In this document: in pieces, positions 52,968 to 60,499 of the stretch | How positions within the stretch are numbered: the stretch's first letter is position 1 | How the letters are laid out: each line of letters opens with the position of its first letter | Sequence record: PZ168832.1 | Direction: 5' to 3' (one strand) | DNA from: a phage | DNA length: 64,000 nt | The notes under the pieces: model-generated | The model's database searches: none | Told to the model about the DNA's origin: nothing | What the model saw: only the letters and a program-made list of their open reading frames with translations | Position numbers and translations under genes: made by a program

Positions 52968-53612
52968 ATGATTAATGCAAACGTAATATCTAAAGGGACC
53001 GGATGCAGCATGGATGTCGCAGAGAAATGGGTGGACCCTTTCAAGCAGGCTTGTGAGCACTACGGAATCAAAAGCAAGAATGCCATCGCGGCATTCCTTG
53101 CAAACGTAGGAGTAGAGACAGGCAGCTTGAGAACATTTGTGGAAAATCTCAACTACTCTGCACAGGGTCTTGCCAACACGTGGCCTAGCCGTTACAGCGT
53201 CAGCGGTCGTTTCGGTGGCGCACCAAACTCCTTGGCGTTGTCGATTGCCCGTAAACCAATGGAAATCGCCAATAATACATATGCAAACCGAATGGGAAAT
53301 GGTTCGGTAGCATCTGGCGACGGTTGGAAGTACCGTGGCCGTGGTGCCATTCAGCTGACTGGAAAGGACAACTATGCAGAGTATTCAAAGCAATCAGGGT
53401 ATGACGCCTTGAATAACCCTGACATTTTGACTGAGCCGAAATACATCGCTGACAGCGCGGCGTGGTTCTTCAAGAACAGCGGTTGCATTCCACTTGCCGA
53501 TGCGGGTGCATTTGATTCGACCGTGAAGCGGATTAACGGGGCCGCGCCGAATACGGCTAACCATGGGGATTTGCGACGGAAGCGTTACAAGGATGCACTA
53601 GCAGTTATGTAA
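52968..53612 (+). CDS. endolysin, glycoside hydrolase family 19 (chitinase-like) type
   Basis: AAFLANVGVETGSLRTFVENLNYS...YANRMGNG...GWKYRGRGAIQLTGKDNY. Confidence 0.85.
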   Translation: MINANVISKGTGCSMDVAEKWVDPFKQACEHYGIKSKNAIAAFLANVGVETGSLRTFVENLNYSAQGLANTWPSRYSVSGRFGGAPNSLALSIARKPMEIANNTYANRMGNGSVASGDGWKYRGRGAIQLTGKDNYAEYSKQSGYDALNNPDILTEPKYIADSAAWFFKNSGCIPLADAGAFDSTVKRINGAAPNTANHGDLRRKRYKDALAVM

Positions 53613-53640
53613 GAAAAAGGCCCATATGGGCCTTTGTTTA
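53611..53640. terminator. bidirectional terminator between convergent genes
   Basis: AAAAA-GGCCCATATGGGCC-TTTGTTTATTT. Confidence 0.75.
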
Positions 53641-53868
53641 TTTCACGGCTTCAACCTGGACTGGCGGCGCGGAACTTGTATCAATGTCTGGCAAGTCGAA
53701 GTAATACCCCGCCATGCCAATCACGCCAACAATCGCGGCCCGTGCCACCTTGTTGCTAATTGACTCCCCAATAAGCTTTACCAACAGGGACAAGATTTGA
53801 GACGTCAAAGCCTTTTTCAGCCTTTTGTTTTCTTCCAAATCTTTCTGCATAACTACCACCCATGTCAA
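53638..53868 (-). CDS. hypothetical single-TM protein
   Basis: 76 aa. TM segment AAIVGVIGMAGYYF. Overlaps the upstream stop. Confidence 0.45.
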   Translation of the reverse strand: MTWVVVMQKDLEENKRLKKALTSQILSLLVKLIGESISNKVARAAIVGVIGMAGYYFDLPDIDTSSAPPVQVEAVK

Positions 53869-54407
53869 CGCACATCCTGTGTCTTAACATTACCTGAAGC
53901 ATCTCTTAAGGGCAGTGGATAGTAGGCCATTTGGTAGTCTGATACGCCTTCAACATGATAAAACACGATTACGTCTTTGCTGTTGATGAGCATGTTAACG
54001 ACATCTGATTTATCTTCTGGAGTGAGTATGAGTGCGCCGCCTGTCCTGCTGTCTACTGCAACAGGGTATGTCTTGTCGACAAGGCCGCTGTCCAATGTAT
54101 TATACCTGACAACGATTTCAGCGGCATCAACTTTTGCAATTGACATTCCGAACACAAACGACACGACTTGGCGACCGCGATCATTCATTACGCACATCTT
54201 TTCCTTATCAAACCTTTCCTTTATCACATCATATTTGTTCCAGCAAAATTCGAACGATTGGCCGTTGTTAAAATATCTCGTTAACACTTTGGCATTACTA
54301 TTTGGCGGCGTAAACATACTTTCAGCCGCTGCACTTTTGGTGAAGAACAAGACTGTCAGCATAGCCATGATGGTGATCAAAACAATCTTTAAAGTTTTCG
54401 ATTTCAT
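53865..54407 (-). CDS. secreted hypothetical protein
   Basis: 180 aa. Signal peptide MKSKTLKIVLITIMAMLTVLFFTKSAAA. AAGGTG SD. Confidence 0.55.
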   Translation of the reverse strand: MKSKTLKIVLITIMAMLTVLFFTKSAAAESMFTPPNSNAKVLTRYFNNGQSFEFCWNKYDVIKERFDKEKMCVMNDRGRQVVSFVFGMSIAKVDAAEIVVRYNTLDSGLVDKTYPVAVDSRTGGALILTPEDKSDVVNMLINSKDVIVFYHVEGVSDYQMAYYPLPLRDASGNVKTQDVR

Positions 54408-54438
54408 TATAATTCACCTTTTGATTACGAATATTAAT

Positions 54439-54466
54439 AGTATAGGCCGAAGGTTTTGAAAGTAAA
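54439..54466 (-). promoter_or_regulatory. possible sigma70-like promoter
   Basis: Minus strand TTTACT, 16 nt spacer, TATACT. Confidence 0.4.
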
Positions 54467-54482
54467 TAAGGCGAAAGGTAAA

Positions 54483-54509
54483 TAAAAGAAAAGCCGGAGA
54501 TTTCCGGCT
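54483..54509 (-). terminator. rho-independent terminator after the ligase gene
   Basis: Minus strand AGCCGGA-AATC-TCCGGCT followed by TTTCTTTTATTT. Confidence 0.7.
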
Positions 54510-54583
54510 TTATGTATACACTGTATATTAAATTCTATAAAACGACGCGATAGATTATCCGCACCAATTATTTATCTAGTGTC

Positions 54584-55546
54584 TTAAAAATACTCCATAT
54601 CGGTAATATCACGGAAGCATTTATACAAAGCAGAGCGCGGCACATCAACGATGCCAAAGTTAAAGAATTTATACGTTAGATATTTATCGCGATAGTTCTC
54701 GCGATTCTCCCAAAGCATTTTTCTCTCTGCCATAGGCATTGAACCAGCGGATACGCGGAAAGGAATCATTTCACCTTTTTCATCCACATATTTTGGATTG
54801 ACGACTACGAATGAGCCAAGGTGTCCTTTCGCAACTAAACCTTCAGCCTCTTTTGAACGCTTGGTGCGACCCAATTCGTCAATGAATGCTTCGTTGTTGT
54901 TCTCCATCATCTCAACGAAGTCTATGATCAATCCTTCTTCATCCGTCCACGGCTTGTCCTTCCACACATCACGTGACTTCGGCGTCGCGCGGCCATGCTT
55001 GTATTTGCCCGTCCAAGACTTGCCATACAAGCCTTCATATCCAAGCTGGTCTGCTTCGATTTGCATCGCCGCGTACTGTTCCATATTTTCGATGTTTCGA
55101 TATTCGAGAGCGCGAAGGAATGGGCGTCGACCATGGTTGATGAGATGTTGATTAACTTCAGCAACTCTGGCTCGATAGTTTGCATAACGCTTTTCAAAAG
55201 GCAGATCAGGGTCGCTGAAGTCATCAAACACCCACCATGTAAAGTTAGTTATTGCGTCAGTATTCATGCATGCAGTATAGGCCTGTTGCATTACGTTCTT
55301 ATCATTTGGATTGCCGTCGATTAGCTCTCCATCAAGTCCGTGAATTAGTTCACCCAAAAAGAGGAACTCTTTTTTGATTTGAACGTTGCGCAACGGCATG
55401 CCGGAAGTGCCCATTGGCAAGTTGTCATACGCCATTGCACGTATGCCATCGACCTTGAATGACAGTCCGCAAGGCAGCGGCACGTCTTCGCCGCGCTCGA
55501 TAATCTGCTTACGTTGGCAACCCTTCATTGGTTTTAATGCTGTCAT
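54584..55546 (-). CDS. ATP-dependent DNA ligase
   Basis: 320 aa. Adenylation motif I SFKVDGIRA (KxDG). Size matches T7-type ligases. Confidence 0.85.
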   Translation of the reverse strand: MTALKPMKGCQRKQIIERGEDVPLPCGLSFKVDGIRAMAYDNLPMGTSGMPLRNVQIKKEFLFLGELIHGLDGELIDGNPNDKNVMQQAYTACMNTDAITNFTWWVFDDFSDPDLPFEKRYANYRARVAEVNQHLINHGRRPFLRALEYRNIENMEQYAAMQIEADQLGYEGLYGKSWTGKYKHGRATPKSRDVWKDKPWTDEEGLIIDFVEMMENNNEAFIDELGRTKRSKEAEGLVAKGHLGSFVVVNPKYVDEKGEMIPFRVSAGSMPMAERKMLWENRENYRDKYLTYKFFNFGIVDVPRSALYKCFRDITDMEYF

Positions 55547-55548
55547 AA

Positions 55549-56172
55549 TTATTGTCCTGTAACTTCTCTGATCACACGGTCTTCAAGTTCCAGCTTCTTT
55601 ACCATTTTGCAGGAGTGCTCATAAGCTGGATCAGTCGATTTGATAAACGTGCCGTTGTACATGACACCTTTGCGGTCCTTGATGTCTTCGTAGGCCGCTT
55701 GCGCACAGTCGGATAATCGAAGGCCATAATCATGAGCTACGCCGGAAAGGTAATCGACTGCGGCCATGATAGTGACGTCAATATCCATGGCCTGATTCTT
55801 GGCAATAGCATCACCAAGTCGTCCAAGGGTCTTTGCCAGGCGAAGGATAAATGAATGAGGGTGAGCGCCCTTATCAGCGCAACCGCCGCCATTAATGTTT
55901 TCGATTTCAGTACCGTTTTGCGCTGCCAGGATGGCCAACACAACAAGGCAATCGCCGATGTCGTCCTTAATTGCCGCCTGCAAGTCACAGATGGCCTGCT
56001 CTGTATATCCAATTTCAGGGTCAAAGAACACAAGGTCATGGAGTTGATCAACGTGGTCGGTTAACTCCCCAAACTCGCTGATAAGCTTCGGATATTGGTC
56101 TTTAAGGTCGCAACCTTGGATGATGTTACGGTCAGAAGCCCACTGGCGAATGTTTGCATAAATCTGGTTCAT
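55549..56172 (-). CDS. MazG-like nucleotide pyrophosphohydrolase
   Basis: 207 aa. N-terminus IRQWASDRNI...KLISEFGELTDHV and a later acidic helix fit the all-alpha NTP-PPase pattern. Confidence 0.65.
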   Translation of the reverse strand: MNQIYANIRQWASDRNIIQGCDLKDQYPKLISEFGELTDHVDQLHDLVFFDPEIGYTEQAICDLQAAIKDDIGDCLVVLAILAAQNGTEIENINGGGCADKGAHPHSFILRLAKTLGRLGDAIAKNQAMDIDVTIMAAVDYLSGVAHDYGLRLSDCAQAAYEDIKDRKGVMYNGTFIKSTDPAYEHSCKMVKKLELEDRVIREVTGQ

Positions 56173-56687
56173 TTATTTTCCTTTGATGCATTTAATTGAT
56201 CGATTTTTATTTTAGCCTGATTATAAGTATCAATCAAGCTATTAACTTTCTCTTTTAATCGGTTTGTTTCTGCGGCGAACTGAACAAGAAATCTGACATC
56301 CTCTTCTGATAGTCCACAGTTTCCTTCTGGGATAGAGAGGCGTCCAGTGGTCGCAGAGTCGGGCACACTCCTGAGTAACTCACGGGAGCAGCTGAGTTGC
56401 TCGCGCAGCTTGATATTCCCAGACTTGTAACGAGCAATAGTGTCATCAGCAACCAGTTGCGCTTCCTGGCGACCCTTCTCATATGCCGATGCCGATTCAA
56501 CCTGTAAAGTTGCAATTTGCTCTTCGAGTGCATTTATCTTGTCCTTACGCTCATTAAGCGATGTCAGATATTGATTATCCTTGGCCAGTGATGCGTTGGT
56601 TTGCTGCAGGTCTTCAACGTATGATCCAGCGGCAAACGCACCAACAAGGGCCAGAATCTTCAGGAGCGGTACAATTCTTTCTATCAT
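56169..56687 (-). CDS. i-spanin (Rz-like)
   Basis: N-terminal TM segment IVPLLKILALVGAFAAGSYV followed by a long coiled coil. Contains an embedded lipoprotein ORF in the +1 frame. Confidence 0.7.
   Translation of the reverse strand: MIERIVPLLKILALVGAFAAGSYVEDLQQTNASLAKDNQYLTSLNERKDKINALEEQIATLQVESASAYEKGRQEAQLVADDTIARYKSGNIKLREQLSCSRELLRSVPDSATTGRLSIPEGNCGLSEEDVRFLVQFAAETNRLKEKVNSLIDTYNQAKIKIDQLNASKENK
56255..56482 (-). CDS. o-spanin (Rz1-like lipoprotein), fully embedded in the i-spanin gene
   Basis: MRRVARKRNWLLMTLLLVTSLGISSC has a lipobox-like LGISS-C, followed by a short Pro-containing mature peptide. Start at Met18 of ORF 56255-56533 (or Met30, 56446). Confidence 0.6.
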   Translation of the reverse strand: MRRVARKRNWLLMTLLLVTSLGISSCASNSAAPVSYSGVCPTLRPLDASLSQKETVDYQKRMSDFLFSSPQKQTD

Positions 56688-56744
56688 GATGCACCAGATA
56701 AATAAAAGGCCGCCAAACGGCAGCCTTGTTGATTTGATTGTCGA

Positions 56745-57605
56745 TTAAAACTCTTCTGCGTCGGTCGGAGTTTCATTGACAGGACCAGCGGCACCGCTTG
56801 CTTCTTCCTGCTTGCTGCGGTCGATGTTAACGTTACCGCCAACTACGTCGTTGTGGAATGCCTTGGCGACTTCGTACAGGCCTTTGTCCTGCACCAGACC
56901 TTCCAGCTCAAACTTCAGAACAGACCAGGTGTTGCCGTCTTTGGACTGGGATGCAGTACCCATGCGAACGATGTTCATAAAGGTCGGCGGCGTTTTCAGA
57001 CCCTGCGGAGTCTGAACTTTCTTCTGCTGCAGCGCGGTCATCAGCATGCGAGACGGCTTGATCATGGAAGAAGTCAGAGACAGCATTGCGCTACCAAATT
57101 CACCAGTTTCTTCGTTCAACAGAATCACAAAGTGGTTGCGTGTATCTGCGTAGTAAGGCGATTTCTTCTCGTGCACCTTGCCGTTTTCGTCTGGCACAAA
57201 CACCTTACCGTTGATCTCAACAGCGCGGCCTGCCGCGACTTCTGCATCAACGTGCTCTTTGGTGAATTCACCTTTAAAGCCTTTATCGTCGGACTCGCGA
57301 CCGCCCCAAAGAATGAAGGTGCGTTTGAATGCGCAAGGGATGATCTGCACGCCTTTCTTGCCGTCATACAACTCACCAGTAACGGTGTTGTAAAGCATGC
57401 CAGCTTTTGCGCCAGGAACGTGTTTTGGATCATCTTCGTCGACCATAGGAGACATCTTCTGCAGTACGACGATAAAAGGAATGGCATACGCATCGGCATC
57501 GGCACCTTCAAAACCAGCGCCAAAATCGGTCATGTCGACAAAATCAGCCATAGCGGACATCTGGGTGTTTTTCACTGCAACTTCGGTGGTTTCTTTCTTA
57601 GACAT
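56745..57605 (-). CDS. putative ssDNA-binding protein (gp2.5-like)
   Basis: 286 aa in the replication module. The acidic C-terminal tail ends in Phe (...ETPTDAEEF), as in T7 gp2.5 and bacterial SSB tails. Fold not verified. Confidence 0.45.
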   Translation of the reverse strand: MSKKETTEVAVKNTQMSAMADFVDMTDFGAGFEGADADAYAIPFIVVLQKMSPMVDEDDPKHVPGAKAGMLYNTVTGELYDGKKGVQIIPCAFKRTFILWGGRESDDKGFKGEFTKEHVDAEVAAGRAVEINGKVFVPDENGKVHEKKSPYYADTRNHFVILLNEETGEFGSAMLSLTSSMIKPSRMLMTALQQKKVQTPQGLKTPPTFMNIVRMGTASQSKDGNTWSVLKFELEGLVQDKGLYEVAKAFHNDVVGGNVNIDRSKQEEASGAAGPVNETPTDAEEF

Positions 57606-57664
57606 TTGATATTTTCCTATAGTATCAAGTTTCGTGGCAACCTGATTTCAAGATAAAGGTTAAA

Positions 57665-58222
57665 TTACTTTTTGCTTTTAGGCAAGGTTATTTTAGCTTC
57701 TTTGTATTCAAAAACGCTAATATCTTCACTAACTGGATTGCCCGCTTCCAGCTGTTCTTTTACAAACGACTTCAGTGTAGCAGAATGAACGCCTTGTTTC
57801 AACGTGGCTTCAACACCATCTTCACGCAGCGCGGCAACAATCTCTTGCGCCTGTTCGATTTCTTCGCGACCGAACTCAGCCGTGACGCTGGACTTGATCA
57901 AGCCGCCGTAACCGTTGTTGACAAGCCAATCGAAAACTTTTAATTCGTTTTCTTTCTTGATTGAAGCGTTCACCTTGGACTCGACCTTGATTTTGGTCTT
58001 GTCCTCAAGCTTGATTTCGGACACGCCAAGCTCATCCATAACGCCAGGAAGCAGAACAGTTTTGATTTCACTGATGCGCTGCTTTTGCATATCAGCTTCA
58101 TCTTCAAGCTTTGTCAAAACTTCTTGTCGTTCTGCCAGTTCAGACACTAAGCGCGCAAGGCGCTCTTGAATGCTCTCAGGAGCAACCTGCGGCAAATCAT
58201 CTTCCCAATTAATATTGCTCAT
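57665..58222 (-). CDS. hypothetical coiled-coil protein (Gp157/Gam-like by context)
   Basis: 185 aa with an N-terminal coiled coil. Sits next to the SNF2 helicase. Confidence 0.4.
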   Translation of the reverse strand: MSNINWEDDLPQVAPESIQERLARLVSELAERQEVLTKLEDEADMQKQRISEIKTVLLPGVMDELGVSEIKLEDKTKIKVESKVNASIKKENELKVFDWLVNNGYGGLIKSSVTAEFGREEIEQAQEIVAALREDGVEATLKQGVHSATLKSFVKEQLEAGNPVSEDISVFEYKEAKITLPKSKK

Positions 58223-58482
58223 ATTTTACCTTCTTGCATTAGCCCTTCAACACGGGTCATTTGATAACGTTCAGGCTTCCAAGCCGCCAAAGCCTTCTCA
58301 GCGCCTTTTAAGGTTTTATATGCCTTGATGCCAGGCATAATAACGGTATTCACCCCAGCACCGTTGCCATAATCAAACTCTTTAACAACGCGGAACATAC
58401 CGTCAATTTCTTTGACCAAAAGACGTTTGAAAGCGATTGCGCCAGTAGCTTCATTTTTGTAACGTTCAAGGATGCGTACCAT
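58219..58482 (-). CDS. hypothetical protein
   Basis: 87 aa with AGAGGA SD. Confidence 0.5.
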   Translation of the reverse strand: MVRILERYKNEATGAIAFKRLLVKEIDGMFRVVKEFDYGNGAGVNTVIMPGIKAYKTLKGAEKALAAWKPERYQMTRVEGLMQEGKI

Positions 58483-58556
58483 TTTGTGTTCCTCTGTTTC
58501 GTTTCGATGAAGTAATTATGACTCATCTTCCATGACAAGTCAAATTATTTTTGATA

Positions 58557-60080
58557 TTAATTCATCTTTTTGCCGTCGAGGATGTGATCAGCAAGCATAG
58601 ATTTCATGCTCAGTGAACGCTGAATTTCTTCGTCGATGGTATCAACGCCAATAAAATCAACATACAACACGCTTGATTTGGTGCCGATGCGGTGATTTCG
58701 GTCTTCGGATTGCTTGCGCAACTCGTTGTCATAGTTGCAAGAATAATAGATTGCCAAGTCGGCGGCTGTAAGCGTGATTCCGATGCCTGCCGCTGCAGCG
58801 TGACAAACAAGCACTTGCGTCCCACCGTTCTCGACTGTGTTCTTCTGGAAGTCATCAATCAAGAACTCACGCTGCTCTTTTGACGTCTCACCGTTATATA
58901 AACCAGTGACCACTCCTTCAGACTCAAGCCAATCCTTAATCTGGTTCATCTCTTCCTTAAAGATGGCCCAAACAATGAATTTGCGCTCTGGGTCGTCTTC
59001 CAGCACCCCTTCCACATAGTCCTTAAAGGCCGTGAATCGTGGGTTGTCTTCCATGTAGACCATCTCATCATACACCTTAACAAAGCCTGATGTAACCTGC
59101 TTCATCTTAGTGCGAGATGCGATCATCTCAAACTTAACGTTTTCTTCTTCGCCCTTGTATTCCATCAAATAGTTGTACTCATTCTTGAGTTCATCGTAGA
59201 CATCGCGTTGTTTAGGCGACAGCTCGAAGTCGATAAACTTATACACCTTCTCTGGAAGGTCAGGCAAGTATTCCGCTTTTGTCGCACGAAAATAGTGCGG
59301 TTCCATCAGCCGGATAAGCTTGTCAAGGTTTTTGTACATCGGTCGGCCAAACTGGTCTTTGCGCGGCACTTGCGGAATCCCATGGCCATTGCCGCCGATT
59401 TTCTTGAGAATGGCCTGCATCTCTGGGTCGTGCGCTTCAAGCAGCACCGTGAATTCAGAATTGAATGCACGGAACGATTTTGTGCCAAGCAAGCCAGCTT
59501 CAAGGAAGTGATACTGCATGTAAATATCAGCAGGCGAGCGCGGCAGCGGCGTACCGGAAAGGATTCGACGGGCCTTTGCCAGCCGTCCCAATTCCACAAC
59601 CTTGATGGAGCGTTTGGCTGTGTTATTTTTGATACGCGTCGATTCATCAATGATCATCAAACAGCGGTACTTCTTCAGGACGGACTCAATGTGTTGATAA
59701 CCGACTGGCGTATTCACCGTATCAATGTTGAATGAGAAGATGCGCGCAGGCACTTCACCTTCAGGGTAGTGATCAGCAAACATCTTCTCCCAAAGCGCCT
59801 TGCCCTTTTTAGTCTTCATCTTGTCATTGCCGCGCCAGTAATGCCCAATCCACTTGATGGAAAGGTGTTCTGGTGCTTCACGACGAATCCAGTTTGAGTG
59901 CACACCGTTAGGAGCGATGACAACCATGGCATCAAATGCGCCAGCGGCGAAGTGTTTTTCAAACTCTGCCAAAGCAGTCCAGGTTTTGCCAAGACCCTGC
60001 TCCATGAAATAAGCAAAGTATTTTCTGCGGCCTGCTTTATCAAGCGCCAATAATTGGTGGCGCATTCCTTGTGTTTTCAT
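58557..60080 (-). CDS. SNF2-family helicase/ATPase
   Basis: MEQGLGKT (motif I), MIIDESTRIKN (motif II, DExx), C-terminal helicase domain. Confidence 0.85.
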   Translation of the reverse strand: MKTQGMRHQLLALDKAGRRKYFAYFMEQGLGKTWTALAEFEKHFAAGAFDAMVVIAPNGVHSNWIRREAPEHLSIKWIGHYWRGNDKMKTKKGKALWEKMFADHYPEGEVPARIFSFNIDTVNTPVGYQHIESVLKKYRCLMIIDESTRIKNNTAKRSIKVVELGRLAKARRILSGTPLPRSPADIYMQYHFLEAGLLGTKSFRAFNSEFTVLLEAHDPEMQAILKKIGGNGHGIPQVPRKDQFGRPMYKNLDKLIRLMEPHYFRATKAEYLPDLPEKVYKFIDFELSPKQRDVYDELKNEYNYLMEYKGEEENVKFEMIASRTKMKQVTSGFVKVYDEMVYMEDNPRFTAFKDYVEGVLEDDPERKFIVWAIFKEEMNQIKDWLESEGVVTGLYNGETSKEQREFLIDDFQKNTVENGGTQVLVCHAAAAGIGITLTAADLAIYYSCNYDNELRKQSEDRNHRIGTKSSVLYVDFIGVDTIDEEIQRSLSMKSMLADHILDGKKMN

Positions 60081-60499
60081 GACAATTCCTCTAAATACTT
60101 GATGATGTGATGAATAGTTCCCTTCACGATTATCTCACGTTGAACGTCTGCAGTATTATAACGCTTTAATTCAATAGAAGGGTGGACTAAATAAAACATC
60201 TTCTCAGAATCAACCTTAAGCAAAACGAATGATGGGTATCGCCAATCATTCCACGAAGAAAGGAAGCTGCACTGTCCTTTCTCAAATGCATTTCTGAAAG
60301 GTGCAGTGGTTGCCCTTGCAGGCCACGATTCAAAGAACTTCATTTCAAGCCAAAAGCCGCGCCCTTTCCGGTTGGTGCCGATTACGTCCGGCACGCCATC
60401 ACCAGTCATTGACTCGATTCGTTGAAGCTTCAATACCGATTCTGAATGCTTCTTCAAAGGCACGAATATGTATTTCTGCTCACGGTTATTTGTTGCCAT
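60077..60499 (-). CDS. VRR-NUC domain nuclease
   Basis: GVPDVIG...GRGFWLEMKF (PD-(D/E)xK core). Confidence 0.8.
   Translation of the reverse strand: MATNNREQKYIFVPLKKHSESVLKLQRIESMTGDGVPDVIGTNRKGRGFWLEMKFFESWPARATTAPFRNAFEKGQCSFLSSWNDWRYPSFVLLKVDSEKMFYLVHPSIELKRYNTADVQREIIVKGTIHHIIKYLEELS

Noticed and set aside
56853-57656. 267-aa plus-strand ORF.
   Set aside because: It is antisense to the SSB-like gene. It has junk-like composition and would oppose the whole minus-strand operon.
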